Origin: the human T2T-CHM13v2.0 reference genome, Homo sapiens
Reading direction: 5' to 3' (one strand)
Assembly (NCBI RefSeq): GCF_009914755.1
Contig: NC_060941.1
Length of the DNA: 64,000 nucleotides
The translations under genes were made by a program, and so were the position numbers. The notes beneath the pieces are model-generated. The model was not told the origin of the DNA. It saw only the letters and a list, made by a program, of their open reading frames with translations, and did not search any database. Below, in pieces: positions 20,932 to 43,063 of the stretch; the stretch's first letter is position 1; each line of letters begins with the position of its first letter.

Positions 20932-22332
20932 TGAGCACAATTATCACCAAGGTCATTTCTTAATTTTTAATAGGTGTGGTACATGCAGGAAGTGCATTGC
21001 TTAGGTCAAGTCAGTTTCCTTTCTAGAGAGCATTGGAAAGTTTCTTCAGTTGTTGCAGGGCCTATGATTTGTTTTTGTTTCAGAATCAGAATAGAAGGAA
21101 GTATATGAGCAAAAAATAGCAGGAGGGCCGGGTAAGGGAGAGGCTATTTCCAAACTAACTTCTCATGCCTCATAAACTTGGTTCCTTTTGTTCATAGCTC
21201 CCAAACATTGCTGTTTCAAATTCCATACTATCTTGGAATTATATTATTTTCCCTGAAGTATTTCATAAGTTAAAGCCTGTCATCTTTAATCCGGCCACAT
21301 CTCATTAAATTCATTTGTTTTGGCTTTATGAAACTCATTTTTAAAATGCATACTTCATTGCTGAGTGAATTTCTTCATACTTGATGTTGTACAAGTGCAA
21401 TTGTCTTCTACAGTATTTTCTACAAATGTTCATATTATACATTTTGGCTGAGTTTCTATTTTCATCTTACTAAAAATCATTTCTTAAAGTTTAATTCTTT
21501 CTTTTTTTTAACTTTGAGACAAGGTCTTGCTCCATAGCCCAGCCTGGAGTGCAGTGGCATGAATGCAGCTCACTGCAGCCTCAATTCCTGGGCTCAAGTG
21601 ATCCTCCTACCTCGGCCTCCCGAGTAGCTGGGACCGCAGGCAAGCATCACCATGCTTGGCTAATTTTTTAAAATAGTTTTTGTAGAGATGGGGTCTCGTC
21701 ATGTTGTCCAGGCTGGTTAAAGTTTAATTCAGAATTCAAAGTACAGGAGGCACTAACGCATGAATCCTTGACATGTTCCAATGTATTCACTGCTAATTCA
21801 TTAAATCTTTACAATGACTCTGAGAGATGGGTCTGTATTGCTTACAATTGAAGAAAGTGAGGTTCAAAGAGTCAAATAATTTACCCAGGGCTTCATAGGG
21901 CCCAAGTCAGTCCAACCCCAGAGACTATGCTCTTTCACCACACTAAGCTTTTTAGTACCTACAAATCCCATTTTAAGAAGTTCCTAGATAACCCTGTAAA
22001 TTATATGTTGGCTGAAGACACTTCCTGATTTAACATGTATTCTTGGCCCTGCCTAAAGAATTACGTGGTAGACAACCGCTCAGCCTCAAAGGCTACCTAG
22101 CCATCATGTCAAAAGCAACTGTGGTGATTTGTAACAAAGTACATTTAAGAAGAATAAAAATGATAAACAACTCAAGGCTTCAAAAAGGAAACGGTAGGCA
22201 GTGTGGTGGCTCACTCCTGTCATCCCAGCACTTTGGGAGGCTGAGGCAGGAGGATCACTTGAAGCCAGGAGTTTGAGACCAGCCTCGCCAACATGGTGAA
22301 ACCCTGTCTCTACCAAAAAAATACAAAAATTA

Positions 22333-22521
<189 letters not shown>

Positions 22522-23864
22522 TCATGTTGATTAATAATATTCTGAACTAATTTTCCACTAAAACCTCCAGTGTCAAAGACCATTAAAACTTACTACGTTT
22601 TTACCACAGCTGAATTTAACCCAAAAGCAACTGTTTTTAAACTTTTAACATGAAGATGAGCTCACAAAATGCCAAAAGTCTTCAAGTTTATACTCAATAC
22701 TAAGTTGCCCAAAAGTCTAGGGAGTGTTTACTTCACAACACTCCATGACAACAGTGACAGGTATTTTTTTCTCACTAAAAAAGTCATAATATTGATGTTG
22801 TAGTCCCAATTTGAAGCATCTTTGCACTTACATGGAAAGACACAGTGATGATAAAACGTATTTTTCTACATGAGAACTGCAGTGACCAGGTACGGTGGCT
22901 CATGCCTGTAATCCCAGCGCTTTGGGAGGCTGAGGCGGGCAGATTGCTTGAGCCCAGTAGTTTGAGACCAGTCTGGGCAACATGGCAAGACCCTGTCTCT
23001 ACAAAAAATACAAAAAAATTAGCCATGCGCTGTGGTGTGTGCCTGTAGTCCCAGCTACTTGAAAGGCTGAGGTGGGAGGATTGGTTGAACCCAGGAGGTC
23101 AAGGCTGCAGTGAGACAAGATCATGCCACTGTACTCCAGCCTGGATGACAGAACGAGATCTTGCCTTAAACAACAACAACAACAACAACTGTGATGTGTG
23201 TGTATGTGTGTGTAAATTAACTGAGATATATCACCATCTCCTTTAAAATATGTGTTTTCATGACTGTGGAAGGTAGGAGTTTTTAAATCCAGATTTAATC
23301 TAAGAATTTGTTTTCTCAATTGCTTGGCGAATGTGAACCTACAACGAATTTAAATTTGAGAATGACTTTAAAACCTGTTAATACAACATACTGATAAAAA
23401 ATGACAAAATGAAGATGTAAAATGGTGAACTGAAATTGAAGAAAATAATAAGAATAACATGCCTCCTTAGTTTATGGGAAATGTGTTACATTAGCCGCTT
23501 GTCTCTGCATTGAGGGCAAGATGTCTCAGTAATTAATAACAATAGCAACAACAATGACAATTTTAACAATATAGCAACAGCTATCACCTGCTGAACACCT
23601 ACTTTGTGCAAGTTTCTTAGACCCGTTAACTCTCTTAAACTCCACCATCACCCTATGAAGGACACATCTATAGATAAGCTACATATGTGGCTCAGGGAGA
23701 TTAGCTTGGTCATATTGCAGAGCTACTAAAGTGGCCGAGCTGGGACTCTAAGTCATCTGACTCAAGTGTGTATTCATAAGTACTGCTATGTGGTCTCATG
23801 TATAGCTAGGCTTTTAAATGCTTTTTTGAAAACTTGCAAAAATGAAATCTGTATTATATAGTAG

Positions 23865-24690
23865 TCTGTTACATTAGCAGCTCCCAAGAGCCATGCATTC
23901 TGGTATCCATGCTTTTGCATAGTTTCCTCCTCTTAAATCTGGGCTGGATCCATGACTGGCTTTAACCAGTAGAATAAGGTGGAAGTGGTGCTGTGTCAGG
24001 TCTGGTCCTCAGCCTGAAAAAGTCTGGCAACTTCTACTGCTTGCTCTTGAGAATCTTGAGCTGCCAAATAACAAGTATGGGGCTGGGTGTGGTGGCTCAC
24101 TCTTGTAATTCCAGCACTTTGGGAGGCCGAGCTGGGTGGATCACCTGAGGTCAGGGGTTCTAGACCAGCCTGGCCAACATGTTGAAACCCTGTCTCTACT
24201 AATAAATAAATAAATAAAAATAAATTAGCCAGGCGTGGTGGTGCACTCCTGTAATCCCAGTTACTCAGGAGGCTGAGGCAGGAGAATCGCTTGAACCTGG
24301 GAGGCAGAAGTTGCAGGTTGCAGTGAGCCAAGATCGAGCCACTGCATTCCAGCCTGGGTGACAAGAGGGAAACTCTGTCCGAAAAAAAAAGGAAGTATGG
24401 ATCCCCACCTGCAGAGGCCACATGGAGAGAGAGAAAATCCCAGACAAACCATCTCTCAGCCTAGTCCAGCTCCTGGCATCACCTCCAAAGTGCTAGCGAT
24501 ATGGGTGAAGCATTGTCTTAGAGGTTCCAGCCCCAGCTACCTGCTGACTGCAACTGCATGAGATACCAAGCAGAGCCAGCAGAAGAACTGTCCAGCTGAG
24601 CCCTGCCCAACCCACAGAAGTATGAGGACATAAAATGGCTTCGGTTGAATCCACTAAGTTTTGGGGTGGTTTGTTATAAAACAATAACTG
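23865..24690 (+). mobile_element. MLT1 (MaLR) LTR with an inserted AluS (~24080-24390)
   Basis: MLT1-type 3' end ccactaagttttggggtggtttgttat...ataactgaaata. Confidence 0.7.
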
Positions 24691-25554
24691 AAATAAAAAT
24701 GCATACCTGGAACTGGAGTGCTTATGTAACAAAAATCTAAAACATGTATCATTGGCTTTGAGACTGGCTGGGGCTCAAGGTGGTCAAATGACTTGCAGGC
24801 AGTCACAAAACCAGGAAACAGCAGAGTCAGGGTTTAAATCTAGGTCTATCTCTTCACTATACCTCACTCACTATCTTAAGCCAAAATCACCACATCTCCC
24901 CAACAGTGAGCAGTTCCAACTGTAGCCCTTGATGTTGGTGTCTTATGTGATTCACATCGTCATTTACTTTTATTTCTTTGATTGTACAATGGTACACTTT
25001 CCAAAAGGAAAATATTCCTTGAGAGCAGAAAGTGCTTCTTTGATGTCATTTGTATTTCACATAGTAGTTAGCAAATTTGGGGGCATGAAATTCCCCTACC
25101 TCCTATACATTTTGCATCAGCTACATAAGGCTATTCACCACTCCCCACGTAGTTCACACACACACACACATGCACACACACACGTACATATAACTTTTTG
25201 TTATATAAATTTTCAGATAAGCACAAAAGTTGAGATAATAATATATTGAACCCCCATATACTCATAGCTTAGCTTCAACAATTACCAACATTTTTCTAAT
25301 AATCTAACTTCCACCCAACTTCTTTTCCTAGGGTATTATTATTTTTTTTTTTTTGAGACAGAGTTTTACTCATTGCACTCCAGCGTGCCCAGGCTGGAGT
25401 GCAATGGTGCAATTCCCTAGGGTATTTTAAAGCACATCCTAAGCAACATATGACTTTACTTATAAATGTTTTAGCATATATCCCTAATAGATAAGGACTT
25501 TAAAAAATGTATAACTACGATTCATGCCATTATCAGATTTAAACAAAAGAATTT

Positions 25555-26247
25555 TCTTTCAGAGATATGGTCTCATTCCGCCTCCCCACACACGCTAGAG
25601 TGCAGTGGCACCATCATGGCTTACTATAGCCTTGAACTCCTGGACTCAAGCCATCTTCCTGCGTTAGCCTCCAGGGTAGCTGGGACTACAGGCAAGTGCC
25701 ACCATGCCCAGCTAGTATTTTTTTTTTATTTTTTGTAGAGATGGGGTCTCACTCTGTTGCTGAGGCTGGAGGGCAGTGGCACAGTCATAGCTTACTGTAA
25801 CCCCAAACACCAACATCAAGGGCTACAGTTGGAACTGCTCACTGTTGAGGAGATGTGGTGATTTTGGCTTAAGATAGTGAGTGAGGCTGAAGTAATCCTC
25901 CTGCCTCAGCCTCCCAAGTAGCTGGGACCACAGGTGTGCACCACCATGCCTGGCTAATATTTGCATTTTTTTTTTGTAGAAATGGGGTCTCCTTATGTTT
26001 CCCAGGCTGATCTCGAACTCCTAGGCTTAAGCAATCCTCCTGCCTCAGCCTCCTAAAGTGCTGGGATTATAGGCACGAGACAAGCCACCAAACCTGGCTC
26101 CCTCACTAATTTTTAAAAACATTTTTTTTAGAGATGGGGTCTTGCTATGTTGCCCAGGCTGGTCCTGAACTCCTGGCCTCAAGTGATCCCTCCCTCTTTG
26201 GCCTTCGAAAGCGTTGAGATTACAAATATGAGCCACCACGTCCAGCC
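25555..26247 (-). mobile_element. Cluster of tandem AluJ pieces, one carrying an 80-bp foreign insertion
   Basis: Successive reverse Alu arms; non-Alu segment at 25807-25886. Confidence 0.85.
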
Positions 26248-28738
26248 ACACACTTGATAAAATTAATAATCTTTTTTTATTGTAATCTAATACCAAGTCA
26301 CAACTTCCTGATTGTCACAAGTTTTTTCTTCTTTCTTTCTTCCTTTCTTTTTTAAAAACATTTTGTTTGTTTAAATCAGACTCCTTCTTTTAAGGTGAAT
26401 TCATATTTTAAAAATCAGCTACCAAAAATGGCTCACACATTGCATTTAGTTGATAGGTAATTTAAGTCTCTTTTAACTTATAACATTAGCCCTCTGCCTT
26501 TCCTCCTCAGTTATTTGTGGAAAAATCCAATTCACTTATCCCGTTGAATCTCTCACATTCATGAGTCAGCTAATTACTTCTTCATGGTGCCATTTAACTT
26601 CTTCTATGCCTGTGTTTCATCTAAACTGGAAAATTAGACCCAAGGACTGACTACATGTAGGTTCAATTATGTGTGTAAGGGGTTGAGGGGTAAGAGAGAA
26701 GCCTTTTGCTAGAACACCTCCTAGGTAGGGCTGTGTATTAGACATTGTGCTAATTTACACAGTGTCTGGCTGTCCCACTCATACCAACGTTAGAATCGGT
26801 GTGTAGGTTGAAGTGTTTTCAGTTTGATCCATCTGTTCTAAACTTCCCCATGCACCCTTCTTCAGTCTGATCTGTCTGTTATAAACTTCCCCATGCATCT
26901 TTCATCTAGTGAGTGATCCTCAATCTTGGCTGCACACTGGAATCACCTGGGGAGCATTACAATCGCCCCAGACGTTCTGATTCACTTGGTCTGGAGTGCA
27001 GCCTACACACTGAGGCTTGTAACAGCTCTTGGGGGCAGGTGAGGTTGAAAACCACCATCCTGGTAGTTTCAGCATCAGTTGACGATTGTTACCTAGATCC
27101 ATGATTTCATTAGGTCTTGCAAAATGATGATTTTTCTAACTCCATAATTCCATCTGAATTTATTACCGGGAATATTTCTGTGAAGGACTTTCCTTACCAT
27201 CTCTTTCTTGGCCCCAAAATAGAATGCATACAGGAAAGGAGTACAAAGGCTTGATTGCTTCCCTTCATCAGTTTTCAAAACAATGCGCTGATGTCCTAGC
27301 GTGAATTTATGAAGGTTAACCATGAAGTTTTTAAAAACAAGTATCATTGTGAACTCATGGGTTTTAATATATGAAAGTCAATTTGAAATTATAGAGGAAA
27401 TGGGTAACTCCCATTTCCAGTTGAATATGCCAGTTGAAAACTAAAAATTTTTATTATAGAATCAAGATTATAATTTGAGACTCACATGAAGATAGAAATG
27501 ATCTTTACATTTGTATTCTTCAAAACAAATAATTATTAAAATGAAATTCAAACCATAAAGACCAGATTTAGTCTCATGTCAGTTAAGCATCTTGCGCCTC
27601 CATGACACTTGGGGAAATTTTGTTACCAGTGGAGCTACTGAGTACCCTGTGGGTGTGTGAAGCAAGGGCCTTGCCACCAGCTGGTTAGCTCAGGGTCTAA
27701 GGGACACTCGTTCTTGGGCAGCGTGGAGTTCCATACCAATTAGGGTGCTGTGTGCCTTGTCACTTCCACATACAGGGGATGAAATGAGCACTTAATTCCT
27801 GGGTGGGTTTCTTCATCCCCAATTAATGGGAACTTTTCAGGCAACTGTTTAAGGTTCAATTACACTGAATGAAGGACGGGGCGGAATGAAGTTAATGTTT
27901 ATTGAGCACATACTATATGCCAGGTATTTCGTATATACCATGACATATACTCCTCAAAGGAGCCCTAGAAGGCTTAATATTTTAATTTTTGTTTTACAGA
28001 CAAATTCATACTGAAAGTTATAAATTTATTTCCTGCATTACTTTACAAAACTTACATTGAATTTTAACCCTTTTCTCAACTCATAATTATAATTCCTTTC
28101 TACTTATTACTTGGTGAGCCATGTGATTATTTCTCTAACTGAAAAGCTTGATTCTTAATATTGCTAGTGGAAGTACTTATCAGTGAATACAAAATTAGTA
28201 AAAAATTGATAAAGTTGATATTAACCATAAAACATTTGGATGACAAATATAAGTAGCAAATATCATGTTTTATAATCCATTTTAACATAAGACTATTCTG
28301 CTTCTTTCTTATATTATTTTTTGAAATTTTGAAGTTATTTGAAGTTCTGAGTAGGCCTTTATTTGAAAGACTACTTTTTGTTTCTCTTTGAGTGCTAATT
28401 ATTGAAATTCCAGTATTTAGCCTGGAAACTCTAAACTCTTCTACTTCTGGTGAAAGAAAACTCAGCAAGACAAGCAAGCAAGCAAGCAAGAAACAACAGA
28501 CAGTTTCCTTTTTCTTGCACCTGCAGAGAATGAGATGCTTTTCCATGTCACCAAACTGTATTTGCCATTAGCTCCTATCAAATTAGTTTGATACGACACT
28601 CAGATTTATGAGTTATTGTATTTTGGGAAAGTAACTTCCAAAAAAGTCGAATTTTGCTTGGTTGTTTATGTAATGATTTTTTTGCTCAGGTAATAATATT
28701 TAAATTGACATAGCCTCCTTTTTAAAATAAAGGTATAA

Positions 28739-29076
<338 letters not shown>

Positions 29077-29186
29077 TAACCCAGAAGATGACAGTTGATA
29101 TTTCCCATTTGTTAATATGCATGGAAATAAAACCTACAAATGTGAGAACATGAAATAAATGATTCAAGAAAACTGAGAAGGACGAT

Positions 29187-29958
<772 letters not shown>

Positions 29959-30925
29959 GGTGGTAACTCCAATTGAAGCCTAAATCTGAATAAGTAAAAA
30001 TAGCGATGCTGGGGTGGGGAGGTAGGAGGGTTACCTGTCACTGCTGTCTAGTGCTGGCCAGCTTTGAACTCTGTTGCTAAATAATTAGTTTTGCTTAAAA
30101 TCAGGGTCACTGGAAAATTAAAACATTGATTTTTGTTTTTGTCTGTTGTCTTATGGCTTTTGACAGATGTCACTTTGTCCTGGGTCCATAGGATAGGTGG
30201 AAGCTGCTCTCACTTAATTTTTTTTTCTTTTTTTTTGAGACAGGGTCTCACTCTGTCACCCAGGCTGGAGTACAGTGGCAGAATCTCGGCTCCCTACAAC
30301 CTCCGCCTCTCAGGTTCAAGTGATTCTGTCACCTCGGCCTCCCAAGTAGCTGGGACCACAGGTGCACACTACTATGCCTGGCTAAATTTTTGTGGAGACA
30401 GGGTTTTGCCATGTTGCCCAGGCTGGTCTTGAACTCTTGGCCTCAAGCAATCTGCCTGCCTCGACCTCCAAAGTACTGGGATTACAGGTGTGAGCCGCTG
30501 TGCCCAGACCCTGCTCTCACTTAAATTAGAGATAGAACTATTGCAATTCTGTCTTCTGAAATAAAGCTTTCTAAGCTTGAGAGTGGATCAAGTTAGATTT
30601 TTATTGTGGTAAGAGATGAGCAAACTTTCTTTCTTTGTAAGGCTTGAGCCTGTTAAAGTACAATAGAAATTAGAATGTGAAGATTCTTAAACCGGCCCCA
30701 AAAGAGGCTTCAACCTTTTTGATTGAAACAATGTATGTCTAGAGTCTATGTGTTCCTGGAGGATTCATATGAACATATGAAGGGTGACAAGGGAAAGAAG
30801 CACCTTTCAAATTAGATGAGATAATACACCTTCAGATGTAATAGAAAGTAAAGCCCATATAGTTCCTTAAACTGTATAGATCTCCTATTTTCAGTAGCTT
30901 CAAGAGGCTATCAAGTACATAATAA

Positions 30926-31122
<197 letters not shown>

Positions 31123-31537
31123 TGAGACTACAAGTGCCCCACCAAGGCCAGCTAATTTTTGTATTTTTAATAGATATGAGGTTTTGCCATGTCTGGTGCC
31201 ATGGCTGGTCTCAAAATCCTTAGCTCAAATGATCTGCCCGCTTCAGTCTCCCAAAGTGCTGCTGGGATTACCAGCATGAGCCGCCATGCCCAGCCAAAAA
31301 TATAGGCAAAACTTTAAATGTATGAACCCTTTAAGAAAAGTCGTTCAGGTTGGAAGAAAATGAAAATAAAATTATAGGCTTAACATTAACCAGATTTTCA
31401 AAAGAGTTGAGATTTACATTATTCTGCAGAGGACTGAATCTTAGAGTGGTTTTCTTTTAGAGAAAGTTGCCTTCTGGTGTATGTGTGGGGGTGGTGGTGA
31501 TATAAGTAGCCTTTATTAAAGGGAGAATGGTACACTC

Positions 31538-31930
31538 TATGTTATAGGATGAATTGTGTTTCCCCAAAATTTGTATGTTGAATCCCTAACCCTCACTACC
31601 TCAAAATGTGAATACATTTAGAGATGGAACCTTTAAAGAGGTAATTAAAGCTAACTAAGGTCATAAGAGTGGGGCCCTAATTCAATACAATCAGTATTCT
31701 CCTAAGAAGAGGAAGAGACACCAGGGAAGCACATGTATATGAAGTGGAGATCATGTGAGGGCACAGTGAGAAAGCAGCAACTGCAAGCCAAAAAGAGAGG
31801 CCTCAGAAGAAACAACATCTGCTGACACCTTGATCTTGGACTTCCAGCCTCTAGAACTGTGAGAAAATGAATTCGTGTTGTTTAAGCCACCAGGTCTTAT
31901 ATTTTGTTATGGCAGCCCTAGCAAACTAAT
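31538..31930 (+). mobile_element. MLT1A/B-like LTR
   Basis: tgttataggatgaattgtgtttcccc...gttatggcagccctagcaaactaat. Confidence 0.75.
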
Positions 31931-32106
31931 TCTGCAAGAATTTTAAAATGTATAACTATATGAACAAAACTAAGCAATCAATAAAAGTGTAAACAGCCTT
32001 CCATCTTCCTACTATAAATCACTTTGGAAGATAAAAGGGAAACTTTTAATTTGGGTGGAATGACCTTGGTGTCCTTGATGAGTTTCAAGATAAAGAAGAA
32101 GGCTAT

Positions 32107-32490
32107 TGTATTAATCTGTTTTCACATTGCTATAAAGAACTACCTAAGACTAGGTAATTTATAAAGAAAAGAGGTTGAATTGGCTCATGGTACCACAGGC
32201 TGCACAGGAAGCATGGCTGGGGAGACCTCAGGAAACTTACAATCATGGCAGAAGGTGTAAGGGAAGCCAGCACATCCTACATGGCTGGAGCAGGATGAAT
32301 AGAGGGAAGGGGGAGGTGCTACACATTTTTAAACAACTAGATCTCAGGACAACTCACCCATTATAATGAGAACAGCATGGGGGAAATCCACCCCCTTGAT
32401 CTAATCACCTCCCACGATGTCCGTTCTCCGACACTAGGGATTACAATTTGACATGAGGTTTGTGTGGGGACACAGTCCCAAACCATATTA
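32107..32490 (-). mobile_element. MSTA/THE1-family LTR
   Basis: tgtattaatctgttttcacattgctataaag...gggacacagtcccaaaccatatta. Confidence 0.85.
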
Positions 32491-32559
32491 GTTATGCAAG
32501 CCCTTTTGCACTAAGACTTTCAATCAAGATTCTGAGCGTTGTTTAAGATTTTAAAAAAA

Positions 32560-33380
32560 CATTTTAAGTTCATGGGTATAAGTGCAGGTTTGTTACATAG
32601 GTAAACTTGTGTCATGGGGGTTTGTTGTACAGATTATTTCATCACCCAGGTATTAAGCCTAGTACCCATTAGTTATTTTTCTTGATCCTCTCCTTCCTCC
32701 TACCCTCCCACCCTCCAAAAGGCCCCAGTGTGTGTTCCACTCTATGTTCCACTCCCCAGTTGTTCCACTCCCCAGTTGTTCCACTCTATGTGTCCATGTG
32801 TTCTCATCATTTAGCTCCCACTTGTAAGTGAGAACATGTGGTATTTGGTTTTCTATTCCTGTGTTAGTTTCCTAAGGATAATGGCCTCCAGCTCCATCCA
32901 TGTCCCTGCAAAGGACATGATCTCATTCATTGTTATGGCTGCATAGTATTCCATGATATGTACCACATTTTCTTTATCCAGTCTGTTACTGATGAGCATT
33001 TAGGTTGATTCCATGTCTACGCTATTGTGAGTGGTGCTGCAATGAACATACGTGTGTGTGTCTGTATAATAGAATGATCTACATTCCTTTGGGTATATAT
33101 CCAGTAATAGGATTGCTGGGTTGAATGGTATTTCTGTTTTTATGTCTTTGAGGAATCACCACACTGTCTTCCACAATGGCTGAATTTACACTACCACCAA
33201 CTGTATAAGTGTTCCTTTTTCTCCACAACCTCACCAGCATCTGTTATTTTTTGACTTTTTAATAATGGCCATTCTGACTGGTGTTAGATGATAGCTCATT
33301 GTGGTTTTGATTTGCATTTCTCTAATGATCAGTGATGTAGAGCTTTTTTCATATGATTGTTGGCTGAATGTATGTCTTCA
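32560..33380 (-). mobile_element. Older L1PA 3' fragment
   Basis: Reverse L1 3'UTR/ORF2 end (gtgcaggtttgttacataggtaaac; gttttgatttgcatttctctaatgatc). Confidence 0.85.
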
Positions 33381-33789
33381 GAATGTTTTAAACATTTTTT
33401 ATTTTTGATAATTTCAAACTTATGGAAAAGTCGTAAGAATACTACAAAAAACTCCTATTCATTCTCCCCACAAAACATTATATATATTTGTTTTACCATT
33501 CTCACTTTCTTTCTCACTCTGCCTGCCTGTCTGTCTATCTATCTATCTATCTATCTAGAATTTTTGGGGAACCGTTTGAAAGTAAGTTGCCCCATTATCC
33601 TAAACATTTCACCATGTAATTCCCAAACACCAAGGACACACTCCTATATAATCACAGTGCTGTCATCACTACCAGGAAATTAACATGGATTTATACGATA
33701 CTGACATTTAATCTACACACCCCCAGTGACAGTTTGTCAACTGTTCCAATAGTGGTCCCAATAATTTTCCCAATAATCCCTCAAATTGG

Positions 33790-40180
<6,391 letters not shown>

Positions 40181-41518
40181 GAGTGTCCTTTACAGCAAAA
40201 AGAATTTTTTTTCTAGTCCGAGCTACAGCCTAGGATTACATGGTGACTTTGTCTTGTCTTTTTAATGTTCTTCAATCTAGAACAGTCTTTCCATTTGGGT
40301 TTGGGTTTAACGTTTTCTTTTCTTTTTACTTTGAGACAGGGTCTTGCTATATTGCCCAGGCTGGTCTTGAACTCCTGGCCTCAAGCAATCCTCCTGCCTC
40401 AAACTCCCAAGTAGCTTGGACTACAGGTGGGCACCATTGAACCCTCTAATGTTTCCTTATAGTTACTTTCTATTGTGCTGTTTTGTTTTGTTTTATTGGG
40501 TCAGGAATACATAAGAAATAAAAATTGTTCTTTTAGTGGCATGCAATTTAATTTGTCCTGTTACTAATGATGTTAACTTTGATCACTTGGTTGAGGTGAT
40601 ATATTCCAGGATTCTCTGGAAAATTAGTGTCTTTTTCCTTTGTAATAAATAGAGCATCTTGTGGGGATATGCTTTGAGACTCTGTAATTACCCTCAGTGT
40701 GCTAAAGATCTGAGGGGATATAGAGAGAAAATTCTGAGTCACACTTTCATTTCATGTAGCTGAAAAAGCAACTTAAACATTGGACTTGACTGAAATTAAG
40801 CTTGGACTTAACTGAGCTCCTTCAGGAAAAGCTTAATTACTTACTGAGACAGGAAAATCATCAGGACACTCTCGGATCTCAATGTGGGTACTGGGAGTGC
40901 CAGAGAACCAAGATTCTCCCTCCCACTCTCTCTGATGTGTGTGATTCATATGAACATTGATAAAGGATGTCTCATCCCTCCTTCAAGTAAACTTGTTCTG
41001 ACAAAATTTCACCACACTTTGTCAAATGGCAAACATTGTTCCTAAGAAACATCATATACGTGTTTATGCAAATTTTGTTTTTTAAACTTTTTATCAAGAA
41101 AAGAAAAAAAGTGGAAAATATGTTTTTGCCTGAAAAGTGAATATTATAAACAAGTAGCTTGGGTTTGAAAGATAGTCTGTGGAAACACAGATAAGGCTCT
41201 ATGCTAAGATGCTTGCTGCTATAATCCTCAGTCCCCTAGTAAAAGTTTCTGCAAAAAGCTTGGCCAGCCATGATGCCATTGAGCATTGACCCCCATAATC
41301 AATCTCCCTGTGACTCTCACGGAGAATGCTGAAGCAAATTTTCTGTAGTGAGGGATCTGTAGACCATGGCATGCAGCCTCCAGTCTCACTGTGCAGACTG
41401 AGGACAGTGACACAGGTCATTGACACACGGCTGACCTAGGCAGTGATTCTCCCTACACTAATACAGTGATTCTTTCTGTGAGAGACTGCCTGCCCTTAAT
41501 AAGATAACATGCCCCTTT

Positions 41519-41826
41519 GGCCGGGCACAGTGGCTCACGCCTGTAATCCCAGCACTTTGGGAGGCCGAGGCGGGCGGAACATGAGGTCAGGAGACTGAGA
41601 CCATCCTGGCTAACACAGTGAAACCCCGTCTCTACTAAAAATACAAAAAAAAAAAAAATAGCTGGGTGTGGTGGCGGGCACCTGTAGTCCCAGCTACTCA
41701 GGAGGCTGAGGCAGGAGAATGGCATGAACCTGGGAGGTAGAGCTTGCAGCGAGCCAAGATCGAGCCACTGCTCTCCAGCCTGGGTGACAAAGCGAGATTC
41801 TGCCTCAAAAAAAAAAAAAAAAAAAA
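41519..41826 (+). mobile_element. AluY
   Basis: Y diagnostics (accatcctggctaacac, gaatggc(a)tgaacc, gagcttgc); flanking repeat aaga(a)taac-tgcccctt. Confidence 0.9.
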
Positions 41827-41922
41827 GAATAACCTGCCCCTTTAACCTACCAACTCTCTTCTCCTCTTTAGTTTGTTGAAGCAAAAACAACGTAAATATT
41901 GCATTAACCAAGTGTGTGTATG

Positions 41923-41938
41923 AGAGAGAGAGAGAGAG

Positions 41939-41969
<31 letters not shown>
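41923..41969. repeat. (GA)n microsatellite
   Basis: Imperfect GA dinucleotide run, seen directly. Confidence 0.9.
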
Positions 41970-42442
41970 ATGAGCAGTTATGGCTCTTGGCATTTTTTAC
42001 TGGACAAGGCAAACCTAAAGATTTTACTTTTAAACTTGAATTAATGCTGAGAGTAAGTCACATCTGCCCTCACTTCCCTCCCACTCCACACAAACATGCA
42101 TACCACTGGAAAGGCAACATTTTATCAAAGGCATTTGGCGTTTTTCCTCTCTTATGACCCTCTAGAAGCTTGAGAATGTGGGAGAGAAGGGCTGGAACCA
42201 GAAATGGAGAAGTAGTGCTGGAACAATAATGACCTGAAAGCCAGTGGAACTGAGGTCTCCTGCAGGAACTTTTGGGGAGGCCTGGATACTTTGGAGACCA
42301 ATGGGTATGGATGGAAAGAAGAGCAGAAATGATTCAGCTCATAAAGCAGTGAAAAGGAATGATCTAAGTACATGAACAAATCTTTAAAGCAAAATGTTAA
42401 AGTGTGGGAGCAAGTTCTACAGAACACATACAATATGATACT

Positions 42443-43063
<621 letters not shown>

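Noticed and set aside
27676-27740. agctggttagctcagg: tRNA-like/ancient SINE head
   Set aside because: Only a weak A-box resemblance, no B-box or fold; cannot be supported without a profile search.
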